Positions 49,777 to 62,813 of a stretch of DNA of 64,000 bases are shown here, piece after piece. The translations under genes and the position numbers were made by a program. Each line of letters begins with the position of its first letter. Within the stretch, counting starts at the first letter, position 1. The stretch is from Azolla caroliniana. Its lineage: Eukaryota; Plantae; Polypodiophyta. The stretch covers positions 18,414,001 through 18,478,000 of the forward strand of contig JBHGNT010000011.1 of NCBI GenBank assembly GCA_043228905.1. The letters run 5' to 3'. The notes below the pieces were generated by a model. The model had not been told where the DNA came from. It saw only the letters and a program-made list of their open reading frames with translations, and did not search any database.

Positions 49777-50700
49777 GGCACCTCGAAGAGCTCGCTGAAC
49801 TTGTTCGGCAACTGCAGTTGAAGTTGGACATGAAGGACCTCGGTCCAGCAAGACACATTCTAGGGATGAAGATAAGTCGGATTTGCACTAGACGATAGTT
49901 GTTCCTATCTCAAGCCGACTATATTGGACGTGCTTAGAATGCTTAAACATGCAATTGGCCAAATCTGCTTCAACCCCGCTCCCAATTAGCCTTCGGGTGT
50001 CTTAGTGAGACTGCCCGACATCCGGTCCGGAGGGGGAAATTGTGAAGTTGGTACCATATGCATCGGTAGTCGGCTCCTTGATGTACGCGATGGTCGCAAC
50101 ACGGCTTGACATTGCTCATGTTGTAGGAGTCTCGCATTGGAATGCAATAAAGCATGTGTTCAGATATGTGGTGGGCACAAAACACTACGACATCCTATTC
50201 GGCCACAACGACACCTCAAGCATAGTCGGTTACAGCGACCTCAGACTTTGCCGGTTGTGTGGACAATCGAAAGTCAACAATCAGATATTGCTTTAAATTC
50301 GGCAATGGAGCAATCTCACGGAAATCGAAACTTTAGGGGTGCACTGCTACATCAACGACCGAGGCCAAATATGTGGTCGTGTCTAACGTGGCAAAAGAGA
50401 CTTTATGGCTCGATCAGCTGGTGCACACGTTTCGACAAGTCGACTCTGACTCGGCTCTAGTTGTCTAAAGTGACAGTCATGGTGTTGTCGCTCTGTCAAA
50501 ATAGTTGGTTTAGCACAACGTCTCGAAGCATATAGACATGAGATATCACTTTGTTCAGAAATGCCTCATTTCAAGGAAAATCGGCCTCGAGAAGGTACCT
50601 ACAATCGACAATGTCGCAGATGGGATGACTAAGTGTCTTTCGGCGGATCAATTCTAATACCTTCGGCACCAGATGGGCGTAATGAAGAATCTGTCTGATT
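49777..50700 (+). pseudogene. Copia pol fragment 4: RT end and RNase H
   Basis: MKDLGPARHILGMKI, PYASVVGSLMYAMVATRLDI, SKHIDMRYHFV, NVADGMTK. Confidence 0.88.
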
Positions 50701-50748
50701 AAGTCAGCAATAACATCGACAGTTCGAGGTTCGAGGTTCTACTGTTGG

Positions 50749-51935
50749 TGTCGTGAAGATTTTTGGTAACGGTGTGAAAATTGCGAGGAACATACAAAAT
50801 CGAGTGTGGTTCTTCACACAAGACATGAAACAATAATAGTGAAGATACTATTTTAGACTAGTTTAATATCTTGGTACAAAAAGATGGAGGTCTTCAAGAG
50901 CTTTCGAATACACTTTACCATATAAGAAACAGACAACTAAGTGGCAAGTTATGTGGAAATGAGAAAAAACAAAACTACGAGATAAGTATATAAGCAGGGC
51001 CAAATTTTATTACTTTGTGTCTATGAGTGGATCATAGAATGTTCAAGGTGACTTGAGCTAAACTAATTGGATGAATGGAAGTGGCCTAACTACTTTAAAG
51101 GCTTTGGCCGACCGGACGGCGACCAGACGAAGCCGGCGATGACCAAGATCGGATCGGGATCGGATTGAACCGGTCCGGACAGACAAATCGGTCGATTGAT
51201 CGCGGTGCATGGTGTTTTGAAGATTTTCGGTGTAAATACAAGACCAAAAGCCTAGTAGTATTTTGTGTTTTAAAAGGGATATGAGCAAGGCTTGAACCTT
51301 GCACCTCCAAGATAGGAAGCAATATACTTACCTCAAAGCCAACCGTACGGCGACCGGCGATCGAGACCGGGACCGGATGGTGACGGACAGGATCGGATCG
51401 GGATCGGATTGAACTGGTCCGGACAAACAGATCGGTCGGTTGATCGCGGTGCATGGTGTTTTGAAGATTTTCGGTGTAAATACAAGACCAAAAGCCTAGT
51501 AGTATTTTGTGTTTTAAAAGGGATATGAGCAAGGCTTGAACCTTGCACCTCCAAGATAGGAAGTAATATACTTACCACTAAGCCAAGTCATTTCCTTACG
51601 AGCTATATTTTTATCATTATACTTTTACATGTAAATTCTCATACGTAAGAGTTAGATGATGACATGGCAAGCATGCATTGCATGCATTTCATGCATTATG
51701 TGCATGTTTTGCACCCTCACATGCACCATATGCATGGGGGCATCTATAAAAGAGTGGAGGAATCAAGCAAATGAAACTAATGAAAAATTTGGGAAAAATA
51801 AGAAACTTGTAATCCTATTGTTGATGTATCTTCTCTCTTAAATCTAAAAGTTAAAAGTTCAATCTTTATCTCAATATCTCTCTTTCGTCATATCAATCTC
51901 TCTCAATCTATCTTAAATACTTTCTCGCTAAAGTT
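50749..51935 (+). mobile_element. 3'-truncated LTR related to the D LTR, with an internal 244-bp tandem duplication
   Basis: Starts TGTCGTGAAGATTTT and is colinear with the D LTR until about TTTCTCGCTAAAG; duplicated unit about 51092-51335 and 51336-51579. Confidence 0.8.
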
Positions 51936-52423
51936 AATGCAAACAGAGTTTGCCAACTCAAACAAAAACTGATTTGTTCAACAACCTTGTATAAATCTGT
52001 ATTTCTTGTTTACTTCTTTTATTACAGATTTTTGTGGTATACACCCATTACGGGGGAGTGTCAAATATGGGTCTCTAATGGATGTATTCACATTGCCCCA
52101 TTGTCCACACTAGGTTTAGGCTATTCCTGTAAATAGTGGAAAGGGCAGTTGCCCTAAGTTAGTTAGTATTTAAACTAACTCTTGTAACCTAGTGTTAAAG
52201 GGGTCTTTTCATCCTGTACATTATGTCATTGTAACTTTCTGAGAGAATAATACAAGTTACATACTCTTGTGCCTACTCTTTGTCTTTTTTGTCTCGTTTC
52301 CATTCTTGATCTTGTCTTATGTTTTAGTTGCCGAATGTTTATCAATCTGTTTTTTGTACACGCTTAAGATCTTCCAAAAGAAGAGTGTTGAGATTGTTCT
52401 GCATCATACGGATGGTTTCAACA

Positions 52424-53090
52424 CCTTCCCCATCTCAAAAAATCCCGTATGTACATATGTTTACCATAAATGAGATATAAAAGTCTCAACACTCTTTTCC
52501 AAACTACTCTAACAATAGGACATATTCATTAGACATGGTGAACCGATTCAATAGGATATAATATACCAACAACCATTTAAACAATACAACTTTTTTAGGA
52601 ATTTGCATGGCCCACAACCATTTCAAGTAAGCACCCAACCAAGAGTCTCATACATTACCAAATCTCCAAAATTTATAAGTTGCTAGCACAACAACCAAAT
52701 TCCTCCTTAGCAATTCTCTACCCATTTTTATAGAGTACTGGAAAAAAGGGATTTGCTTACCTAGTATTGCTTCCCTACGCCAATATGATTTGCTATTTCC
52801 ACTCACTTGGATCCCATAGAAGGTGATCAATGGGTTTATTCTCATAAACCCACACTTCAGATAAACTAATTATATCATTTGGATATGGATTCAACATCCA
52901 CTTTTTACTGTTATTCCACAATATACGAATAGGCAGCATACTGCCTTGAGTTACAATGTCGTGTTCCATAAAGATAGAATGAAGGCTTCCGGAAGGCAAA
53001 ACAAGACGAATTTGAGAAGGTTGAAAGGGAGACATCGTAAACATTGTCCATCTCTACATACATAATGTTCCCTCCCCAAATTGTTCTACA
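52424..53090 (-). mobile_element. L1-type LINE ORF2 remnant, zf-RVT region (right part)
   Basis: Minus strand LWAMQIPKKVVLFKWLL then IESVHH..ICP....VW, with stops and frameshifts. Right boundary approximate. Confidence 0.7.
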
Positions 53091-56000
53091 AACATGGTTT
53101 GTGTTAAGAGATGAGAGTCTTTTAGTTGAGCAAACAATTAGATGAAGTAGAGTTATAAAGAAACCAAAAATTTGGATTCATATAAATTAACTCTTCTAAA
53201 AACATTATTGAAATGGTGTAGGGTATGCCTTTGAGCAAATACATACAAACTCTTGTGTGAAAATCTACATGACTCTTCTATCTATCTTTGAAACCTAATG
53301 AATAAGAAGATGTTGACTATTTGTATCCCAACTCTTGTCCCTACCTCACACTACTTGCTCTCCAACTAGTTTCACCTCATGTACCCATAGATTGCAATCA
53401 ATCTCCCGTGGACGTTAAAAAGACATCAATCTATCTATCTCCATCATTTCTAATCGACCAATGGTTTATGCTAGGGTTCCAAGTGTAACATGCAGATATA
53501 TTACCCATAATGAATGCTTTTTTTTATTGAACATGTGAAAAATGACCCAAAGTAGTTTTTATGATGTTTTGACTACTTTGTCTAAGTTTTATTTGTCTAG
53601 GATTTTTTGTTCTCCATTTACGCATGATTCATAGATATGTAGATGGGAAATTTTGAAGAAATGATGTATGACAGAAGCATGGAATATTGCCTTACGGTTC
53701 ATTGTCACTTTGGTCGAGGTCCAATGTCATTATGGTCATATTATGGCATTGGATGGTGCAAATAGTATGCAAATGCATGTTTTATGCTCTCTATAGAAAA
53801 GATGACATAATAAGATTGTTTTTTAATCCAATAGTGGAATTGGGTAAAGATAGGTTGCACTAGGTTTGATACACTTGATGACATCTTCATATCAACAAAA
53901 GCCTAGATGAAATTTGCACGTGTTGGTAGGTTGGAACTTAAAAAGCACATCTTAACAAACTTAAATCATTCTAGTAAATGTGTGCTAGACTTCCACATTT
54001 GCTTATCCGTGATCAATGACATGTGTTCCAATCTGGTTCTTGAGAAATCGATTCTTTGGAAGAAATGAGATGTCAGCACCAAACTTGGAACATGTGTCCA
54101 CAACAAGCAAGAAAGAAAAAGAACAAAATGTCCATGACTGAGAGATCTACTCAACGGAAGGAGGGGAGGCAAAACAAAAGGCAAGAAAAAAAACAACAAA
54201 AGAGGACCTAGAAGATTGGAGAGGGAGAAAATAAACAAAGAGTAAGAGCGAGATAGCAGAGGGATGGTCAGCACAACTGAGCTTCTCAATAGAAGATCAT
54301 TGCTTGTAATCAAGACATACACCATATCGTCCATACGACATCGTCTTTATTTCACCTCATTGTTCCTTGAATTGTATGTGTACTATGTTAAATGAGAGGT
54401 GTTGATTGAACTGTGAGAACGCACATTAAAGGATTGTGACACTGAGGTTCCTCATTGGTACTCATGCCTCTTCTGGCGCAAAGTACACAACAAAACAAGC
54501 ACTTTGGCAATTAGAGTGAGATATATATTAACGTTGGCGTTTAAAGATCAATAAAAAAAATTAATTGCATGGCATCTTGTAAAAAAACGACTATTTAGAA
54601 GACGAACTAAAACGGTTTGTGTTTTACTAGTTTTATATCTCCATGCATCACTTTTCACACGAGGCTTCCTAAAACACTAGATTGGAATGCTTATATTAAA
54701 TTATATCACGAATATTACCACATGGTTTTTTTCCCAAGCGTAAGGACTTTTCCTCGTTCAGTTGGAACATCTACACCTATATAATCCATTGTAAGTAGTT
54801 GTTTGATGATATGTTAGGATCGTGAATTAAAAATCTAGCAAAGTGGATGAGTGTTCGATGATACGTTAAGATCATGCATTCAAATGCTAGCAAAGTGGAT
54901 GAGTAATATAATATAATTCCAAAAAGTGAGCTATTAATGTGACCACGATCTCGATTTAATGAAAAATGGTGATGTCTTCATGTTTTCTTTAATTCATGGT
55001 CCTTGCTTTCCTCAATGCAAATTGTAGTTTAATAGCGATCTTAGAGTTTCTCCCCCCTTCAATGCGAAGGGTCATTTACTCTTATCTACTCTTTGGTTTT
55101 TTCAAAGTGAACACAGACGCTTGATGGTGATCATGTATCTTATGCAAAGAGTGAGTTGTCATTATTTACTACCAAGAGAGAGAAAGAGAGAATACGTAAG
55201 AGTGCAAGATGTAACCAGACATAACATCTTGTGTTTAAGGTGATTGAAAATGAACTAGTAACTAAACTCTCGAAAACCTTTCTTCTATACAATTATGACA
55301 TTGAGTAGAGAATGGAGGTTGAGTGCCTTTCTTAAACTTAAATGGCCAATTCAACAAGAAATGTGTCCTTAATTAGGTGGATAAGACTCAAATGCTTGTG
55401 TATACCTACATTTGTGCATTTGTGCATGTGTGTGACAACAATGTCAATCATACATTTTGTTTATGTTGAGAGAGGAATATATATGCTATGGATATTTTCT
55501 TAGGTATGAATGGAAAAACAAATCTTGTATGTATATTGGTGGGAATCAATTCATAAACACATGGGAACCTTGTCCATGACCATTTTTAATCAAATTTGAA
55601 GTTACAAAACTTCAACAATTGAGTTTGACGAGTAGTACCTTCATATCGCTACAAGAAAACTCATCAAGGAATTTGGAAAGTATGTGATGCATTGTAAGTA
55701 GGATAATTAAATTAGAGAAAAAAGGTAATGGTTGTGGGGTCTTACACATCTAACTTTAGATATACTTTATCTTAAAACCCTTGGAAACCTTCCCTAAATT
55801 ATAATGTAAGGAGTTTCACGGGATCTTAAGCATCTACATTGAGGCTCACTTGTCTCATAATACCTTTGGAAGAACCTTTTTAAATTATCATTGAAAAGAG
55901 AAATAGGACCTGACTTCTCCCAGGACTATAAAGTCATTTTGTCCATTGGATATGATGATGTTATTTAATGTTGTACGTTGTGGGCCAAAGGTTATAAATG

Positions 56001-57951
56001 GGAACCCATGAGAAATTAGATGATATAAATGAGAGCCCATGGAACATCTTAAGGAGCCAAATTTTACCTACAAAAGTTGCTAGAAATCCAAACTTTGGTT
56101 TGGTTATTAGACCAATGAAGGAAAGAGACGCACATGGAGAAAGAGGGAAGAGAAGAGAGGGTATGTATGCTAAGGGAGAGACAAAGAGATATTCGATAAT
56201 TTGATTTCCTCTTACATGTCACTGGATAAAATTTCCATGGAACAAGGGGGCTAATGACATTAGAATAGCATGACCCACGACACTAATGAGATAGGATAAG
56301 TTGTCTTCTTATTACAAAGGCTTCTATATTTTATTTAGCATTCTACAAGAAGTTTTTTTTTTTCCAAAAAAATACTGCTTCGCATTAGTTAGCAAACAAA
56401 ATTACATCATAGAACTCTCAAAATTCCTGTCAACAACCCTCACTCTGGCCTTCCCACCAAAGCGGACATAGTCCCCACCTCATTTTAAAAGTTTTAAATT
56501 GTTTCCTTAATGAATTTCCGATTCACTTGTAATCTTAATGAATTAGATGGAAATTCATTACTCTTGCAACTTGGGAGTTGAGGAGATTTGTCGGCAAATT
56601 CTCGTGTTGATATTCATGTGAATCGTTCACTTTAAATGTTAAAAACTTATTGTTACCCCACTTTACACAGAGAAGCATAACCACTTTGCAACACATTACT
56701 ATTTGTTGACACCACTCAAAAGGAAGACCACCCGGTGAGAACAATGGAACCCACATTGCACTGATGTTAACTATGTCAAATTTGAAGCCCCCAATTATCC
56801 TGTCCAAATTCTCAACTATCTTAAATAGTCAAAGGTACAAGATAGTGAAGCAATACTAAGAATGCTCTACAAAGAAGACAATGTTGTGTAACGTGCATCT
56901 ACGAATGAGCACAAGGTTACAAGTCTCTTTAGAGCCTATTGAAGTATATTATTGAGTTGAAATGTCTTTGTATGGAGTTGTACTATGGTGATCATTGATA
57001 AGCATCTTTTACATGTATTTTGCTCCATCATAAGATTCTACACTGATATTATGGGCAAGGTTGGCATGAGAGAATGTTATATTGCTAAACTTTCCCCCCA
57101 CTTTGTAGTTGAAAATAAATAATTACAAAAAAAAATTAATATTAATCAACATTGAAAGATGTTGGCAATGTATGACAAATCATCCCCAAGTGACATCACA
57201 TGACCATACGATTGTATCGGACATCTTATTCGAAAATTGACATAAACTAAGTTCCATAAGTTAATGGGCGCATTCACACAAGCATTGTAGAGCTTTTAGG
57301 CATATACTAGTTGGTAACAGCCAAATCCATTATTTCAACTCAAAGTAAGGGAAATTATGGTACAATTTCCACAAACCTATAAAAGCTAAAGCAACTCGTT
57401 GAAGGTATGAAATTATGATTGATTTACTAGAGTGAAGGCAATCGACCTTAAATTGTTGTCAATTACAATGGGATATTCAAGTGGTCCACTACTCCTAGTC
57501 AACAATAATCTATATTTCTTTGAGGTCTTGAGAGCCTTAAACAAAATGATCTTTAGACAAAAATCATTTATGACTATTCGTGAGACCTATTATTACCATC
57601 TAAATCAAATCATCTACTAAAGCTAGTATTCCCACCATCCACAATTTAATGAAGCTGAAAGCCGACCAATGCAAAAAACAAAAGTAATAAATTATCCTAC
57701 TCTATCATGTTGGTAGGGTTGGCAAGGAGAACCTATACTACAATCCTACAAGAGATTTTTCAAGAAGCCAAATGAGAACAGCTTCGAGCCGATGGCTGCA
57801 CGATCAACCGTAATGCTCATAGATTAGGATGTATTGACGGTGGATATGTTGATTTTGTTACACTTCAAAGTTTTATGACCATGAAGTAACTTGATAGTCC
57901 CGTGTATCCGGATGAAGTTTTACTTTCAAACCGTGAAGCAAAGAGGGAGAC

Positions 57952-58039
57952 GTGTGTGTGTGTGTGTGGGGGGGGGGCAATCTCCAAAGAGTTGTAAATG
58001 TAGTCCTTATGCCCATAGTTGTATTAGTGTATATATATA

Positions 58040-58107
<68 letters not shown>

Positions 58108-58862
58108 TACCTCCAAAAAAAACATGGTACATATGAAGGAAGAGAACACTACACTATACATGGAAATGTCACATTCATATCTAATGGGAACAACCTCTAG
58201 GGGGAGGGGGGGGGCTCACGTGACCATGACAAATGAGGGTCCAAAGAGAAAGAGAGAGGAGGAGGAGGAGAAGAAGAAGGGTATTTGTAGCAATTATGAT
58301 AAAATAATTATGTGAAGAAAAACAAAAGAGGCGGGTGGCAGGGGGAGGTCATTAAGAGAGAGAGCAGGACTAGTCATTAAACTCCCTTTTTAATTATTAA
58401 CTGGTCAGAAGAAGAAGTAGAAGAAGAAGAAGAGAGAGACAGACAGGCAGAGGGACAGAAGGAAAGCAACATAAATACACACACATATATATGTACTGTA
58501 TACATATATGAACACACACACAATACAATACAATACAATACAATACAATACATACATATACGTACATACACATACATACATAATACGTATATGTGTGTGT
58601 TATGCATATACATATATACGTATATATGTATGTATGTATGTATTTGGATCAAATAAGTTCCCCTGTTCTTAATGGTGGCTGGTAAGAGAAATTTTCAAAG
58701 AGAAAAAAACAGGGTAAAGGAAAGGGGTGTGATAATATCATGTGTTGACAGAAGCCCAATCAAGTGCTGCCACGTGCCAAGGGGCCCCCCTCACCATCAC
58801 CATTAAATAACACAAAGAGGGAGGAAGAAGGCCTGTCATCAGACTTAACTCTCACCTTAATT

Positions 58863-58910
<48 letters not shown>
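57952..58910. repeat. Microsatellite cluster: (GT)n, (TA)n(GA)n, (CAATA)n, (CT)n
   Basis: Visible at about 57952-57967, 58030-58105, 58521-58550 and 58864-58910. Confidence 0.9.
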
Positions 58911-58914
<4 letters not shown>

Positions 58915-60172
58915 TTTCCACAGAAACCCTTCCCTTGTCTTCTTCTTTACTCCCATCATCTACCTATCCTATCCTATCTACATCTACACACTATTTTCCC
59001 CTCCTTTCCTTCTAACTTCATAACCCACATAAATACTTATAAGTTATATATCTATATATACATTATATGTAAGTGTGTCTAATGTAGATATAGACTTAAT
59101 CAAGAATTGGGCAATCATTACTAACCCACATAATAAAAACACCCAACGACACCTTAACTCCCCAATAGACTGATATAATGTAATTGTGGTGGTTGTATCT
59201 ACAAACAAACAACAAAGGACTCTCGCCAGCAAATGATCAACAGAAAACAAAAAGACTTCTTTGACTCCTATCATCACATAGAAAAGTATACATTTCTAGC
59301 GCATATTCCCGTCGTAGGGCTTAATTGTGACATGCGTATGAGTTGATTTCTATAGTTCGGGTTCACATTCAGACACAAGACAAAAAAAAGGAGTCCTATA
59401 ATCCGACTGGTTCTTGCAAATGCAAAACAATATCCACATTCACATACATTTTAGAAAGACATCCACAGTCAAATCAAAAACGTGATCATCAGGTTTCAAA
59501 ACAAGCCAGAGGCATATATACAAAAATAAGCAACATCTAGTGTTTTATGTAGCCAAAAACACATTTACGTGAACCACAATTTTCTTCTGCCAGGAAATAC
59601 AAGGCAAGTTACAACTCTTGATTGGGAGGGGAGCATGCTTTGTGAAGGGAGATAGGTGGGGGGGTATAGAGATGCCTGCGTATACATACATGAATTTGCG
59701 ATTGCACGATTCGTAATGCCAAATTTCATTGCAAAACTGGAATTTAATTTTAATGTCTCTCGAATTCTCAAGATAGCAGCTAGGTACCGAAGCAACTATC
59801 CGCCCGTCCATTGGCTCTATCTGCTTTGCTCTCGTCCACTCTCCATTACACGAGAATGCAAATGCGTCCCTCCTGTCCCAGGATGCCAACAAGGAGCCAC
59901 AGCCACAGCTCTTCCAGTAGTATATTCACAGGGTTAAGGATTCTTTCAGGTTTTTTTAGATGAGATAGATTGTGTTACTTCTAAGAGCCACATGCTCCGC
60001 AAGTAAATAAGTAGAATTCCGCAGCCAAAAGCCACTCAAAAAAGGAGAGGAACATGAAGATGACCTGAATAAACCTCCTGACAGACAGCAAACGCAGGAG
60101 AGATAATAAAAAAAACAATGATGTTCATACAGAAGAAACATCAATGGCATTGACGACGATGGGTGGCCACGA

Positions 60173-62813
60173 TTACAATCTCAGCTTATTGAACACTTGC
60201 CGTGTTACGGCCTCGCTGTCCATCATCAAGTTTGAAGAAGATGAGTCGCTACCACCATGATGATTTATAGGTAAAGCAGGCGGATCATTCCGTCGAGGGG
60301 GTGGGGCTGAACAAACGGGCACCATGTGGCGGACACGAACAGCAGGAGCCATGTTAGACGATGGCCGTAAACCCAATGAGCTGGCTATGGCAGCCGCAGC
60401 TGAAGATGTATTTGAAGGCATGTGCGAGCCCCACCATTGGGCCGATTTAGACCACAACGATGAGAAATGTGAGCTTGAACTACCCATGGGAGTAGCTGAA
60501 CAAGAAGAAGCTGCTGCCGCTGCCGCTGCCACAGCTGAATACACAGTCTTCTTATCAAGCCCATGGGGAGTTCTCTCTTTCTCTCCATTGCTGTTTACTT
60601 CACCTTGGTACCAACGGTCGGTACTATAGCTCCCATGGTTTTCTTTCAGCCTTATCAGACCATCTGTATAACTGCCATGGCTTTCATTACGCCTAATTCG
60701 CATCTCCTCCTCCAAACCTCCCATCTTCCTCTCCTCATTTTGCACATTCCATGGCCTTCCTCGGTTTGCCTCTTCGACCGAATTGTGCTTCGTATTGTCA
60801 CCCCTTAGCCATCCTTCCTTATAACCAAGTCTCTTCTGCTCTTCTAACCTCTGCAAGAGTGCCTCTCCTCTCAACCAGCCTTCGCTGTATCCACGGGTCC
60901 GATCCACTGAGAGGGCTGCTTGCTCTCTATCCAAGGATCCATTCATGCCATAGCCATTCGCCAACATATCGTTATGCACATTCCATTCCTCACTACGATC
61001 CTCCTCATCGAGCTGCGGCAAATAGCCTCTGTATTCAAACCGTTCACTCTGCGACTGCATACGGTTTCTAAGCTGATGATGGTGATGATGATGCTGTGGC
61101 TGAAGATGAACAGGCTGCTGATGAGGTGTACGCACATTGCAGGAGGACATTTGGTCACACCCTGACCAATCCTCTTCTTCCTCTCTGCTGAGCTGCAGCT
61201 CTTCAAGCAGCAATGGCCGGTTGAGATCGAAGCGCTCACTAAGAGATTGATAAGGCAGACCACGAATGCGGTGCGGGTGGGCCATCATCATCCGGCCAAC
61301 CGCTGGAGTGCCTGCAGGCAATACTTCCACTGATGGGGATTCCAGGCCAGACAGAGAATGGCGTCTCTGATGCCGTCCATTGCTCTGTCTGGACATGGAT
61401 CCACCATAGAAACTTGGGCTTGGTTGGGCATTATAGAACGCCCGGCCAGTACCCCGATGCCCACTGAAATGATGGTTACTCCCTTCTTCAGGCCCCGGAT
61501 TGTTAAACAGGAATCTCTGACCTAAGTCGAAGCTTCCATCAAAGCTTGCTTCACACCCACTATTCACCTGTGTGCTGAACTGGGATACCCTAGGGCTTGG
61601 GTTAGGATTAGAGTTCCGGTCGAGAGTAGATGCAACTTCTGACGAAGCATATACGAATTGACCATCTCTGCTAGATCTTTGCCTGCACTCTCTAACTTTG
61701 ACAGCTCTCGCTTTGGTAATCCCTGACGAACGAGGCGTTGGAACAATCAGAGATGCTTCCTCCACTCCAGCTGCACAGCTCTCCAAGACTCGAGGCAGAG
61801 ACGAGGATGCAGGAGGAACTGCAAAACCCAACAAGCAAGAAATACAGAAACAATGGCGTCAATTCATCACTAATCAACAGATTACCGTGATAATGAAGCA
61901 AAATGATGAATTAGATAGCAGGAAACAATGCTACAATATCTGATTTAATCAGGTTTCATTGCACGCGGATAACAATCTAAATTAACACTTTCTCAGAAGC
62001 TAGCAGAAAGGATAAGAATTGTTCATGAAAATCATCAGTAATACGATAGATGCATGGAAGATATCTTCATATTCTTCAACAATACTCCACAAACTTCCAT
62101 GTTCCCTACTGTGGGAAGTAACGAGTAGATTCTCTCTAGTATTAATGCTGAGTCTAAGGAAGGACGAGGTTCGAAAGTGCCAGATAAAGTATCTACTTAC
62201 GTTGCCGCAGGGAAGACCAAGCTGCCATAGCCGCATTCTTCTCTGCTTGCTTCTTTGTCTTAGCAGGGTCTCCCATGAACCTTCTCCCTCCAACCTCCAC
62301 CATGCACTTGAAGAGAGGGAGATGCTTTGGTCCGGACCTAATCGTCGTATACACAGGCAGAGATACCCCAGCTCTCTGCGCCGTTTCCTGCAACAAATTC
62401 TTACAGACTCCCGTTTCGTCCTGCGGGAACATGGAGTGAAGCAGCACACACAGAATTAAGAACGAGTGAGGGAACTTTGCAGGGGAAGAAAAGATAACAT
62501 TTTTGTATACGCTGATGAGAAATTAGGGTATTGGCAATGGCGATGGTGATGATCTCGAAGTCCTTACCAGTATTCGAGCAGCCAGGGACTGTACAGGGCC
62601 TCGCGTTGAGAGTTTTGAGAGGGCGATCTCTGCAGCAGAATGCTCTGCTTGCCTGAGTGTCGTATGATACCCGGGGCTTTCAAACACCTCTCCATTAAAG
62701 CTTACAGTAGCTTTGAACCTTGGCGCATGGTCAGGACCTTCTCTGATGCAAGTGTAGGAAGGCAAATTGAAGCAGCTCCTCTGCGCAAGCTCTTGTAGCT
62801 GATTCTTGAACAT
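60173..62813 (-). CDS. DRB2: Double-stranded RNA-binding protein, DRB2/3/5 clade; exons 62813-62568, 62420-62201, 61818-60173; about 703 aa
   Basis: dsRBM1 MFKNQLQELAQRSCFNLPSYTCIREGPDHAPRFKA; dsRBM2 DETGVCKNLLQETAQ...AKTKKQAEKNAAMAAW; C-terminal APAVRVRHMVPVCSAPP; GT-AG introns with compatible phases (0, then 1). Confidence 0.9.

Larger units (their letters stand above)
7696..52423 (+). mobile_element. Ty1/copia LTR retrotransposon, decayed, gag apparently deleted; outer container of the nest
   Basis: 365-bp LTRs 7696-8060 and 52059-52423 (TG...CA); tRNA-iMet PBS TGGTATCAGAGC 8063-8074; PPT ACGGGGGAG 52050-52058; TSD CCTTT/CCTTC; domain order PR-IN-RT-RH. Confidence 0.92.

Noticed and set aside
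53100-60150. Short ORFs in the AT-rich interval before DRB2-like (also 1-3700 and 62848-63478)
   Set aside because: Low-complexity or microsatellite-derived translations with no recognisable motifs; old TE debris cannot be excluded by eye.
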